The position numbers were made by a program, and so were the translations under genes. The notes below the pieces were generated by a model. The model had not been told where the DNA came from, made no database searches, and was given only the letters and a program-made list of their open reading frames with translations. Below, one piece after another: positions 26,150-38,844 of a stretch of DNA of 64,000 nucleotides (its first letter is position 1; each line of letters starts with the position of its first letter). Source of the DNA: Stegostoma tigrinum (Eukaryota); assembly GCF_030684315.1 (NCBI RefSeq), contig NC_081366.1:21085410-21149409 (forward strand), given 5' to 3'.

Positions 26150-26530
26150 AAGTAACAATAAAGCAAAAATTCAAATAGCCATGATCACAATGTCCCAAAG
26201 CTCTTTGCAGTCAATGAAATACCCTTACTGTCACAATACAGGAAGTAATGCAGCCGATTTATGGACAGCAGGGCCTGACAGCAATGTGATGACCAATATT
26301 GGTCATTTTGATTGAGCATAAAAATTGGTGAGGATTCTTGTGATAGCTCAGCTTATTTTTTACATAGCCTGATGGAATATTATGTGCCCAGTTGAAAGAG
26401 TGGACACACCTTCATTTTAATGCTTCATCTGAAAAAATGGCATCTTTGACAATGACCACTGGAATTTTGAATTTGGCCTTGAACCCCTAGCTATTTGACC
26501 TAGAAGCAAGAGTGCTACCAACTGCGCTAA
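26150..26530 (-). mobile_element. Deu-domain SINE (SacSINE1/AmnSINE1-like), decayed
   Basis: Recognised from memory of the Deu core and L2-like tail ('gtcccaaagctctttgcagtcaatgaa', 'cagcaatgtgatgacca'). tRNA-like head at 26475-26530. Confidence 0.65.
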
Positions 26531-26554
26531 AGATGTTTGTACAGGTTTAACCCA

Positions 26555-26652
26555 CTTTTGTGCTCCTAAGATGCTGCTTGGCCTGCTGTGCTCATCCAGT
26601 TCCACACTTTATTATCTTGGATTCTCCAGGATCTGCAGTTCCCATTATCTCT
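26555..26652 (+). mobile_element. PLE terminal-repeat fragment beginning at the predicted ribozyme cleavage site
   Basis: 'cttttgtgctcctaagatgctgcttggcc...ctgcagttcccattatctct' is nearly identical to the arm of the 31589 element but has no hammerhead core. Confidence 0.85.
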
Positions 26653-26659
26653 GATTAAA

Positions 26660-27345
26660 AATCTGATCATTTCCTCCCTAAATTCACTCAGTGTACTGGC
26701 ACCTACAGCACCCTAATGAATTCCACAGATCGATGACTCTTTGATAGAAGTAATTTTTCCTTATCTCTGTTTTAAATCTGTCACCCCTCAGCCTAAAACT
26801 ATGACCTCTCATTCCATACTGCCATAAACGGAAGAATCCGGACTGTGGCAATTTTGAGAATCCCCTTGAGCATCTTATATACCTCAATTAGATCTCCTCC
26901 CAATCTGCTAAACTCTCGCAAAGGAAGGTCTAAACTGCTCAATCTCTCCTCATGAGACAAGACTTTCACCTCTGGAATTAATCTCATGAATCTCCTCTGC
27001 CGTGCCTGTAGTATGAACACCAAACCTGAACTCAGTACAACATCCAGTCTCGCAAATACCTTGCACAGTTGCAACGATATTTCTATACTTTTAATTTTCA
27101 TTCCTTTAGCAATAAATGTCAAAATTCCATTTGCCCTCCTTATTACCAGCTGTACCTGCATTGTAGCTTTCTGTAACTCACACACAAGGACACCCAGATC
27201 CCTCTGCAGCAAAGCATTTTGAAGTTCCTCTCCATTATGATTTTTATCCATTTTGGTCAGAATAATAAACTCAGACTTGTTTACGTTAAACTCTATCTGT
27301 CATTTTAATCCGTCCACCTAGCCCGTACATATTCATTTGTAAATT
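26660..27345 (-). mobile_element. CR1 LINE fragment (ORF2 C-terminus)
   Basis: ORFs 26799-27251 (QRDLGVLV...RANGILTFIAKG...RGDLIEVYKML-like) and 26684-26887 (RGHSFRL...QRVIDLWNSL). Confidence 0.9.
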
Positions 27346-30300
27346 TCTGTTTTTCGTTGCAATGTATTTTCCACTAATTTTATTGCAGTCATTACAAGAA
27401 CAATACAGTTGCAAGCCACACTTTTAAGACGGCCATGCCCAGAAGCTTTTGTCTTTCATTTATAAACGTTCAATTTTCTGATTTTAAAATGCAGTCTGTT
27501 ATTCTCCTTTTAAACCTATATTTCGCATCCTGGGAGGAACAAGTCTGTTGTTAGAAAACAACAAGTGCCACAGAATTGTAGAAGTAAAACAAATGTTAAA
27601 TATTTTAAAAAGGAGGCATAGAGCTACCAGGGGTTCGATGTGAATTTGTACATTTTATTTTCATTTTAACTTAAGGTCAGTGTATAACCTCCCTGCCTCC
27701 ACCACAGAAATGGAGGGGAGTAATCTGGGAGCTATTCACTACATGCCAAGAGTAAGTCATTTCCCTGACATTTCCACAGATAACACTGGGAACCTGTGGG
27801 AAGTGATCAGATGATTATAGAAACCCAAAGAAATAAATGTGAAAATCAAATGACAGCTGCTCTGTTTGATGTGAAAATGGATCATTTCACTTGGTATTAA
27901 CGGTTAGCTTTTTATGGAGTATTTTATTTTCTCTTTCTACAATGCTTAATTATTTTAGAGAAAAGCACTTGGTTGTCTATCACACAGCACAGTGAAAAAA
28001 TTTGACATACCTGTCCCTAAATTGATAGAATGCTTATTCTAAAATGGAAAATAAAAAGGACTGTAGTCTCTTTAAAGATGTTTTAAATTTGTGAAGGAAA
28101 TATTATCACTATCCTCAGGACAAGTTGTATTTTAATTTCAAATAAATTGTGCAGAGACTAAGATTTTCAAAATATTGGCATGGGGATTTCCTACTTTTCA
28201 TTTTAAGTTTCAAAAATCAATCAATACAATTTGACAATTTAAAAAAAATTATCACCACTGCACTGGTCTCTCAACTGGCGTTTATGACAAGGGTAATCTT
28301 TGGCAATGATGAGAGGATGTTAGAGCGATGAGATACTGCTCAATTGCAAGGCGGACATTAAAGCAGATATTTAAGTACCAACAAACACTCTGTAAATGCC
28401 TGCAGGAATTAAAGACTTTTATCTAAGAGGGCAGCCTCGTTTTGTATATATTACGTTTTCTTTATAAAGGACAGCGCAGGATAGAATGCCTGTTTTTAAA
28501 ATATATCATGTTGTCTGAAATAAATCAATGGATGACAGTTCTGTTTCAGTAGAAATATACTAAAATATGTAAAACTAAAAATTAAAGATTGAGGATGTAA
28601 AAATTTCTATGGCAATTATTGGTTTCAAATATGTGTATAAATGCCACTTAGTTGAGATATTTAGCACTTCTCACTTCTTTTTTTTCTGTCATAGAAATAG
28701 AGCAGCTAACCTTGAAAACAAAGCTTAGGTCTGTGAGGTTTTCGACCTAATTCTGCAAATGATCTGTTTTTACTACAGTATTGCTCTTTGTATTTTTTAC
28801 AAGAGGCAGAAACTAGAGAGAGGGAGGGAAGAGAAAGTGGGGCAAGCAAATTAGCTGCTAACGTAGTCGGCTCCAGGAGAAAGCCATTTGGGTCTGCCTT
28901 GCCTCACAGTAAATGACCTTGGCTGAGGATGATGACAAAGTATCATCTTACTGATCCTTGACAGGATGCCATTCCTTGGAAGTTGACAAATAGTTTGCAT
29001 TAAAACCGGGGCATTTTAGGAATCATCCCCCATCGCAATTCATCAGTTCTGATTACAACACAAATGCCAAAACTAGCTCGAAGCATATTTCTCAAACAGT
29101 GTAAAAGCTGTGGTTAGCAAAAAAAAAACAGTGGCTGTCACAGAAATGTTGTACCACACATTGCCATGAGCCTTTGCAAGCATCCATGGAAATATCATTT
29201 ACAGTTACAAGAGCATAACCCGGGTGAACACAAAATAATTCAGTCACAGAATAAACCTGGTGCGCTGGACCATTCCATTCATCCCCATTAAAGTTAAGAT
29301 TATGGTCAAAACATAATCATCTTGGCAAATTAATTCGGCATGCATCAAGATTTAAGCTAAATTTGCTTTCATCTCCATGCAGAAATAAAGGAGATTAAGG
29401 CTACTGAGCTTTCTCTTAAAGATCCCACAGTCATTCCTGGTGCTTTGAACACGCACTGATATGCAGGATCAGGAGCTGCCTTTGTAATATAACTTGCACA
29501 ATCTTTGCTTTGATTTTCTGTCATAATAGGAATGTTTCAAGAAGAATTCTGTCATGGAGGATCTGTGTGTGTAAGAGCTGTATTGTACTTGTTGCCATAG
29601 CTGTTGGATAGGAGGATACATCAGCAGCTGTGTTTCAAGTCTTAAGTTATGTGGGTGGTGCTATGTGTTGAAAAAGTGTATTTTTCCCCTCTGCAACCAA
29701 GGTTTAAATTCAACCCAGGCAGATGGGATGAAAGCAGCCTTTCTCTAACAGCTGTTATGGGACATTAAGTAAAATGACTGGGTCAACTTGATTTCACTTG
29801 CGTAAGTCAGAAGGCTTTACAGACCAGCATAAGGCTTGAGTTCAGCAAACTCATGTCAAGTGTATAAATCTCTCACGGGAGACTCAAATGCTCCTCCACA
29901 GACAAAATTGTTACCTGAAATAACAGGAGGTGGTCCACAACCTGTCACAAGAAGGTCTGGATAAATTTAATCGTGTTTTTTGAAAATAATAGCAATATTT
30001 GTTGAAAATTGAAGTACTTGTGAACCATGGTTGAAAAGAAACAGGAAAAGCTCTTTGATGTTGAGATTCTGCGATTGAGCACAGACTTCCATCTGTTTTG
30101 TGCCATATATTTAATCTAGATGTGCTCAGTAATGCCCCTGGGTACAACATAGAACATCTTCCCTGACATCATTGTTATCTCCAGGCAGCACCACATCTAC
30201 CATAACAAAATAAAACCCATTTTCAGAGAGTTAAACTGACATATTAGTGAAAATGCTGATGTTTGTTGCACACTGAATAGCTGAGCATTGTCATTATCTG

Positions 30301-30451
30301 AAATACCCGTTGTGGTTTGTGTTGTGGGATTGTTTTTTTTTCCCCTCGAGCTCCCCAAAATGTAATGATTTTTGTTGGGTTGCAACTCCATGACGCCTCT
30401 CCAATGTTGTATCCAAATTAATATTCTTCAGGTAGAAATTGAGATTAAAGG

Positions 30452-30910
30452 AAAACATGTATTTATGTAGCACATTTTTCAGCCTCAGAATATCCTCACA
30501 TGCTGTGCCATCAATGGGCTATCATTGAAATGTAGTCACTGCTGTAATGCAGAAAACACAGCTGCTAATTTGCACACCACAAGATCCTCAGATCACAATG
30601 CATTGGCAAGGTAGTCTCTGTTAATAATATTGATTGATGGATAAAAATTGGATGGGATACTCGTCAGAACTATCCCCTTGCTCTTATTCAAAATAGTACC
30701 GGGAGATCTCTTCTATCTTCCAACAAGGGCAAAGAGGACCTCTGCTTCACATCCCATGTGAAAGGCAGCACATCTGACAGAGTAACACAGCCTTCATGCT
30801 GTGCTCAAGCACTAGCCTACACTTCACTTTCATTTCCTAGAGTGAAGTTTGAACCTACAAACTTTGAATTCCAAGATGACAGTCCCCGCACAGGGCCACA
30901 GCCAACACCA
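30452..30910 (-). mobile_element. Deu-domain SINE (SacSINE1-like), near full length
   Basis: 'gaaatgtagtcactgctgtaatgcagaaaacacagctgctaatttgcacac', 'ccccttgctcttattcaaatagtacc', and a tRNA-like head 'tttgaacctaca' at ~30850. Confidence 0.7.
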
Positions 30911-31588
30911 AATGATGAGAATTGGCAGAACTATTCAAGAACCTTTCTTCACCTGAGAATCAGGGTGAATAAGTTTGGAAATAGACCATTTGGGTGATAC
31001 TACATCAAACTCATAGAAGCACCCCAATTTTGATCTCTAGACCATGTTAAATATACAAACAAAGAGATGGGTTTCAACAAGCTGTATTTTGAACATTTTT
31101 TTCAGTTGATCATGACAATGATTTTGAAAAAGTTAGAGGCTACTCCTTACATATTAAATAACAATGTTTGGAACTTAAACAAACAAAATCAACAGTTACA
31201 CAAGTTATTTATCCTTGTGTGACATTGCTGAAAACAGAGCCTATCTAAACAGCAGTGCCTCTCAGAACTTTAACAGATATGCACAAAGATTTTAAAATAA
31301 CACACAGATGGACGATATGAGTTACCAGCTGTAATCTAATTGAAGATGTTCAAAGTTATTTATGTAAAGTTTTCTATTAACAACTTCAAATAGTATCACA
31401 ATCCACAAGCATCAGGCTTGTATAATTAATAATAAATCAAGGAGTTTCAGCAAAACTCAGTCCTCTGGAGCCCAACCCTTTTACGGGGTTGGATTTTAAA
31501 TCAGTTGAATTTTAAATACCTCCAGTTAGTTTGCACTTATTTCTCTTTCTGCCATCTCTCTAAACAGATATCATTTTTTCAAGGGTAA

Positions 31589-31803
31589 GAGATAATGGGA
31601 ACTGCGGATGCTGGAGAATCCAAGATAACAAAGTGTAGAGTTGGATGAACACAGCAGGCCAAGCAGCATCTTAGGAGCACAAAAGCTGATGTTTTGTGCC
31701 GAGACCCTTCATCAGAAAAGGGTCTAGGCCCGAAACATCAGCTTTTGTGCTCCTAAGATGCTGCTTGGCCTGCTGTGTTCATCCAGCCCCACACTTTGTT
31801 ATC
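31589..31803. mobile_element. Young fold-back (palindromic) PLE terminal-repeat element
   Basis: ~85-bp near-perfect inverted arms (~31624-31709 and ~31718-31803). Flanking direct repeats atcattttttcaagggta (31570) and atcactttttcaaggtta (31801) match 16/18. Confidence 0.9.
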
Positions 31804-34444
31804 ACTTTTTCAAGGTTAGCTTCATCCCAACACCATTTTTTATTTGGTTGTCAGTAATTTAAATTTGACTCTGGACTGTCCTGCTGGTTAAGTTTGAAGT
31901 AATGAGGTTTTATTTATTCAGCACCTTTTATTGTACATCACTGCGGTTCCCCTGACGGTATGTTAATTCTTGATTTTACTGTTTACATTTAAGGAGAATG
32001 AGAATAGGTCCTTCGTAAGCCTTTTCCCTGACTAGTCTACAGCCCATTATTTTCCCTTTGATATTCCTGCACTATGTTCTCCAGTTGCTTTTAGGTTTTT
32101 TCCATAGAAAAAATCATGGACAGGGAATATTTAATGTCCTGGTGATCAATCCTGGCATCCAGCATTACATTCTGTAGTCGAAACAGAAATGTGCCTTTCA
32201 TAGCAATACAGCAAATTTGTTAATAGTCTTCAATAAACATAAATCCCCATAAGGAAATAAAACAATCACATGAAATATTTGGAAGTTAATAGTTTGTGAA
32301 GATTATTTTTGAAAAATTAAACCCTAGAATTGATCCTTGAGAGATTAATCAGATTTCCAGTGGTAAAGATGTGAATATAAAAATAAATTGATCTGTGATA
32401 AACAATCTCTTTTGAATTTCAAGAAAGTAATTCTGATTATGAGTTTCTGAATCACAAGTGTTGCTGATCACAGTAAGGTCTCTGTATGAGCAATTCCCAA
32501 TAGAACAGATGTTGGTTAAAAGCAAGTATTTGACTTAAGTCTCTTGCACTCACCTGGCGTGAAATTAAAAAATTAAGCGGAAGTGGAAGTAGGTGAGAGA
32601 TTCAAGCTGAAAAGGTAGGGCAAGTATGTGCTATATATGGAGGCAGCTTGAAAGGTTTTGCTCAGTTGTCAATTCCTTATATCTGTTATCAGGAAGGGAG
32701 TGGGCAAGGGTCTGAGAGCATTGCTTGAGCGGAGTGGGGGTGAGGTGAGATGATTCCATGTCAATATTGTTTTCTGACTTGCACAGAGCTATTACTAAAT
32801 TCAAAAGGTCAAATACAAGACCATGTTTTTGGAGAAATTCAAATTAGCATTTTATAAAGGTATTGAAGGGTACAAAAGACAGTGAAATAAACAATTATTT
32901 TATTGTGAAACATATCTAATTGCTCACCTGCTCCCTTGGAAAGAAAGAGATATTTTTGCATGATAAGTGGATGATTGCAAGTTCTTCTTAAAACAATTTA
33001 TGAGAACCTAGTGGCAAAATCATGTATTCATCTGATAAGTTTCTATACAAGCTTGCCTGGTCCACAAAAACCATCAGCATGTCTCTCCATTAAGAGAGAA
33101 AATTAGTTGGCTATGTAGCTTGAGGACCACCACTGCCCATGAAGTGTAGAACAAATAAGGAGACAGGCCTCCATGAATTACAACAGTTTTCAAAGGCAAA
33201 ACATGTAATACATGTCAGCATGTGAGTAATTGCTGGAAGGAATAGGTTGAATTGTGAGAATAACTTGTCATCAGGAAGCCAAGTTAGAGAGTTGTGAAAT
33301 GATGCTCAGATGTTTATTATTTTTAATAATATGCAGATCCGATTATATTAGAGTTTTGTTTACAGTGATAATCTGTGGTTGATGTGCCAAAGGTATGGTG
33401 TTTCTTGCAACTGGTATCATAGTGACACTAAGGAGTAATTCCATTCAACCATTGTACGGTGACATCCGCAGTGAAAAATGTGATCCACAATCACCAGAGG
33501 ATTTTTGGAATTTAAAGAACCATTATCTTCAAAAGTTCTTTAGCAAATATTTGCTCAATGTTTACCAAATACTGCTGCACCTAGAAGAAATGGTATTGAG
33601 ACGTGTCACTGCATTACAAATATATCATTACAGTGAGAATGACAACTATGTTTTCCTATTGTTCTTCTAACCTGCAACTAAGCTGTCACTTTTCCAATCA
33701 TCAACAGATTACTGGAAAATATGAGTTCCCTTCGTATATATTATGGATACATGGTAGTTATTCCAATGCTATAATCTAATGAAGCGGGTTTGCTTGTGCA
33801 GGGAATAGCTAGGATCATGTTACAATCTGTAATCTGATTGAGGGGTTCAGGTGCAATCATATCCTTGTTAAGTTTTGAGATGGGATTCAATCCCTGAAAT
33901 TGCTTTAGGGTGCCTGCTATTTGTTTTCGAGCTTGCAGGCACATACGTACTGCAAATTCTGTGCACCTATGTCCTGATCAGACCTTTGATCTTTACAGCA
34001 TTTATTTATTATTTTGTTTCTTTTGTATGTACAAATATGAATACCTAAGGTGCCACTCTCACTTGTGACGATTTTGATTTTAAATCAGTAACTTTTGTCA
34101 GTTTGCTTGACAAGAATGTTGAAGGAAATTCCAGAATCTTCCATAATGCCTAAAATATTTGTAATGATAAGAATGGTGAGGATAATTTTTGGTTGTAATG
34201 GACTGTTTCAAGCAAATAGTATCAGATTAAAATGGCATTAGCAATAGCCAGTTACATTTAGTATGGACAATTTCAATATAATACATATTGGCAAGAAGAA
34301 TGAGCATCAAACACATAATGTCGATAGTATAGCATATGTGAAAGTGAAAGAGCCTTTGGAAACAATGATAATTGTACTATTTAACATGTAAGATTGTTGG
34401 CATATATCAACAACAAAATATATAGCTTGCTAAATTATATTGCC

Positions 34445-34760
34445 AGATTCTCATGCTTGTTTTCAAATCTTTCCTTTGCTTCACCCTTCATTATTTCTGT
34501 AACCTTTATCAGCCTGACAGATGTGTGAGATTTCTATGCTGCTCGAATTCTGGCTTCCTTTTTCATTGCTCCACCATTAGCTCAGATGCCTGGGTGCTGA
34601 CCTCAAGAATTCCTTCTCTGTATGTTTTCGCTTATGCATTTCTGTCTTCTTTAAACCTGTATCTATGACCAAGCTTTTGCTTACATAGCTGTGTAAAATT
34701 TTGTGTAATAATGATCCCAAGCCTGAAGCATTTTAAAATGTTAAATATACCAAATATGCT
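34445..34760 (+). mobile_element. L2-type LINE 3' fragment
   Basis: 'atgcttgttttcaaatc...ctgtaacctttatcagcc...ccaccatt...gaattccttctc...tgaccaagcttttg'. Confidence 0.55.
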
Positions 34761-34904
34761 CAAGTTTTTTTTTGATGGTGAGACAAAACGGAGAGCATCG
34801 GAATAAACCTGCACAATGATGAGTTCTATAATATGTCCAGATTTTGTCACCAAGAAGTCTGGAAGTAAGTCACAGGGATAGAGCAGAGGAAAGGCAGTCA
34901 AACA

Positions 34905-35035
34905 TAAACAAACTTCTGAGGATGCTGGAAATCTGAAACAAAAACAGAGAATGCTGGAGAAAAGCTCCACAGGCCTGGCAGCATCAGTGGACCGAGAATC
35001 AGAGTTAACTCCAATATGAGTCTTCTTTGGAAGGG
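34905..35035 (-). mobile_element. PLE terminal-repeat-derived short element, decayed core
   Basis: 'ggatgctggaaatctgaaacaaaaacagagaatgctggagaaaagctc...ggcagcatcagtgg...cagagttaac'. Confidence 0.75.
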
Positions 35036-35084
35036 ATAGTGAAATGCGTGTTTGTGACCAGGACTAGCTCAGTGGGCTGAAGGG

Positions 35085-35220
35085 TGTTTTCTTGTGCTGC
35101 AGGCCTCAATGACTCTATGACTTGATGATTCTGACCCAGGTGGCCTGATTTCAAGTCCCACCTGCTCCAGAAGTGTATAATAACATTTCTGAACAGGCTC
35201 GTTAGAAGATATCTACAAGT
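35085..35220 (+). mobile_element. Short tRNA-derived SINE
   Basis: 'ttcaagtcccacctgctccagaagtgtataataacatttctgaacagg' is the reverse complement of the 2728 and 7765 copies. Confidence 0.65.
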
Positions 35221-35639
35221 TGCCTTCAAAACAGATAACTTCTCTCCAACAGTAAGGATAAGCTTGTCTATGTCACCTGTAGGACAGTGATAGTGTCCCC
35301 ACCTTTGAATGAGGAGGCCTATTTCTTTCATCAGAGGAATAATGACATTTCCTGAATGTAGAATTACTACTAGATTCATGCTGTGGCTCACTGGTATTCA
35401 ACAGAGTCTCAGCAATTGCAACGTTCAGACTCTCTCCATCACACAATAGACTCATTATACGGTATTACATTAGCTTAAACATCATTAAAAAGAGACACCA
35501 AGTTGGAAATTTTCATCATTTTATATGTTTGATCAGTGCTTGTCAAATGCCTTATGGTGATTAACTATGTTAAATGCACAATGTAAATACAATAGTGAAA
35601 GTTACAGATTCAATGGTTACTACCTAAACTAACAATACA

Positions 35640-36680
35640 GTAATTTATATTGTATTGTTAATGTCATAAATTTTCACAAGATGTATCTCAGGAACAATGT
35701 CATACAAAACTTCACTTGGAACTGTCTAAGATAATATTAAGTCAGATGGCCAAAAGCTTCGGCCAAGTAAGTTCATTTTTAAGCTGTCTTAAAAGAGTAA
35801 AGAGATATCAGGATGTGGAGAAGCATAGAAATTCAGGATGGAGTTTCAGGTTTTAGGATCTCAACAGCTGATGGTGAGACTGCCAATGGTGGAACAATGG
35901 AAAGCGCTGGAGTACCAAAGAGGCCAAAATTTGATGATCGCAGCTATCTCCAATTTGCAGGACTGGAGGAGGTTCGGGAGAAAGAGAGGTATGAAGTCAG
36001 GGTTGGGGATTGAAGGCAAGGTTGAGAATTTTTATTTTGAGGTCTCACTTAGCGAGGAGTTTGTACAGGTCGGTCAGTGCAGGAGTGGCTGTCAGGGCTT
36101 GATTTGAGTTTGGATATAGCAGTGTTTTAAGCTGATGGTTGGTGAAAATGTGAGGCAAACCTGGAGTGGATTTAAATAGCCAACTCGAGAAGTATCATGT
36201 GCTTTGTGACATCCTCTTCGCCCACATTACCATGCCTCACTGTAAATAACGCAACATACCTCTAAGGGGCATGATGATTATATCAACAATGTACCATGGC
36301 ATGTGACCTAATAGTATAAAGCATGTTTGTTGTGGGACATAACATAAAAGCAAAGGTATGGTTGAAGGTGTCATGCTAGGACTGACTGAGACAGGGCAGA
36401 CTCAGGCAATGTTACAGAGATAGAAACATTTGGCCCTCATGATGGTATAAAGGTACGATACCACGTACTGACAGAGGTGGCAGATACAACAAGCAGTGAC
36501 AATCAGGACAGTGCCATTCTGCTTGATCTTCATTCAGTTCCTCTTGACAACGATGAACTTGGTGATTAGGGAACAGAACGTCTGGTGGAGACTAAAGATA
36601 ATAGCTATGAAAGGTATTTCTTTGAACCGCTCTCCTGAACTTCTTACTTCCCATTTTAAATTGAAGATCACTCTCGTTGT
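35640..36680 (-). mobile_element. Interrupted, decayed L2-type LINE
   Basis: 'agatggccaaaagcttggcc', 'cagctgatggtgagactgccaatggtgga', 'ttgaaggcaaggttgagaattttt'. Confidence 0.5.
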
Positions 36681-38149
36681 TACCTCCACAATTTGAAGAA
36701 ATAGTCTGTCCCTATTTCTTCTATTAAAATCTTTGCAGAATTTAAAACATACCCCTCATCTTCTAGCCACAGTTTCCCATGTTTGTTATTATCCTGGTGA
36801 TTTTATGCTGGGTGCTTTTATGACTCTAATATTGTTCCCTTGTAGCAGTCCCCACTCCAATACCCAGCAATGTAAATGGTGTAACTAACCAAATATTGGT
36901 GTAACTAACCAAATACTGATCTTCCTAATCTTATATTGGCACTTAACATAACCAGTGTGTGGAAAAAGGAGCACTCTAGAGAATACCATGTTTTGTTTTT
37001 CAATCAAAATCCTAACTTTTTAAACATCCTCCTCAAGACATTATACAAATTCATTTCTACATTGTTAGTACCAAGATAGACAATGATTTTTATTGTTCTA
37101 CCTCTTTCCTTGGAGGGCCTGCCACATGTGGTAGGCGTTCTTCACCCAGGCATCAGTGTGGCAGTGTAACATGTAGAACTCCCAGCAAATCTGCTATCTT
37201 TTCCATTGACTAAAGCATCTACCACTATTTCTTTTTTCTTAAATATTGATCACTGATCCTCAGTAGTACATTGTTCCATGTTGCCCATGACTATTTAAGT
37301 GTCAATATTGCAAATTATATTTTCCAACTAAAGCTAACTGTTGAATAGCGATGGTTCCTTTCTTTCTCTCATGTTTTCTCTCTGTCTCTCTCTGTCTCTC
37401 TCTCTCCCTGTTGCTCTATTCCTTTTTCTCTCTATATTTTCTTTCTCCCACTTTTGCAAATTCCCCTAACTTTTCTACACTGTTCCTTTAGTGCACAGGG
37501 ATCCAGTGGTCCAAGGATTCAAATTTCTGACACTTAGTTTAACTGGGACAGCACACTTGTACTGAAGATCCTCAATGACTGATTTATCACATTCCACATA
37601 GAATCACACTTTATCTATTGACTATGCATTACTAATTATTTCAACTTCACCTCTATCCTGAAGATCCTTTCAACCTTTTCTCCAGCAGAGGCTAACTGCT
37701 ACATTCTTCTGACCTCTTCCAGTTTCTGCCATAGGCAACTTTTATTTTATCTACAGTAACTGAATAACTGCAGCTGAATGTGGTTAACAGCAGTGAGTTC
37801 TAACAACTGGCACAGTAATAATAGCATGATTGAAGGTGCATTCTTACATTTCCCCAGCAGATTTAATGTAACTGATCCACCGGACAATTCTGTTTTCAAA
37901 TCCTTTTGGGAAAAAAAAGGCAGTCCTGTTTATGTGGAGTGTCTGTAGAACTGTTTTGTCAAACTCTGTGGCTTGAATTTGCTGGATATATAACAGTTTT
38001 TCCCCTCAGAGCTATTTCCAGGTCCATTGCTTTGCAGTGAGAGCAGCTTGCCTTTCAGGTCAATAGTCCAGAAGGTGATAAGCAGTTTGCCTCTGGGTTT
38101 AACATCCAACTAGGGAGAGTGGCTGGTTGACAAGAAGGGAGAACCAATC

Positions 38150-38255
38150 ATGCACCTGCAACAAAAACAGACATTGCTGGAAATACTCATCAAGTTGTTT
38201 GGCAGCATCTGCAGGGAGAGGATCAGACTTAACATTTCAGGCCCAGGAACCTCCT
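38150..38255 (-). mobile_element. PLE terminal-repeat-derived short element, decayed
   Basis: 'aacaaaaacagacattgctggaaatactca...ggcagcatctgcagggagag...ttaacatttcagg'. Confidence 0.7.
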
Positions 38256-38844
38256 TCCATTCACAAGCTGCCTTCACAGTGGTTGGACTGTCAGTTTTCT
38301 GTTGAGATGAAAGCCTCAAGGGAGTGCAGAATGAAATGGCTGTGAGGATAGACTCCAAGAAACAGAAGCTACCTCTGTATTCCAAGCATTGTCGCCGAGA
38401 GCTGCTGTTGCAATGGCAAGCCTCCACTCCCAGAGGGCCTTTAGTTTTCTTTTTGCACCATTGCACAATGTGGTTGCATTTTAATTTTGTCATACTTTGT
38501 AGACCACCTTCTCTGAGTAGCCAAGTTTCTGACACAGTGTGATGCCCTTATGATGTATTAAACATGCCCTTGGGCTAGCTACATTGGCTTATTGGACAGA
38601 AGTCACCTCAAGGAAAAGTGGGAGGAGGACGGAATGTGTCGGGGAAACAGCACAATCAGGTAGCATATTGCAGAGTCACTGAGAATCTGGGCCCTTCCAA
38701 AACTGGCAGACGTGATTCTCAGCCCCCTTCCTGGTGTGCCCAATTTTCACCGACATAAGAGAAAGGTTTGAGTGCTGCAGGCCAAAAGCTCATGTTCTTC
38801 ATTCCTGACCTAGTTAGCTCTAAAGCCATCTCAAAGATACAGAG

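Noticed and set aside
31589-31803. Palindromes as pre-miRNAs or DNA-transposon MITEs
   Set aside because: Arms match the terminal repeat attached to PLE coding sequence at 43790-44363, are unequal in length, and have long variable TSDs, unlike TIR elements.
36877-36916. 20-bp tandem duplication tggtgtaactaaccaaatat
   Set aside because: Two copies only, no spacers; a slippage duplication inside a decayed LINE, not CRISPR-like.
38255-38780. Possible decayed Harbinger/Myb-like transposon remnant (also 3930-4330, 44700-45190 and LTR-like 22300-23000)
   Set aside because: They look repeat-like but I could not support a classification by eye.
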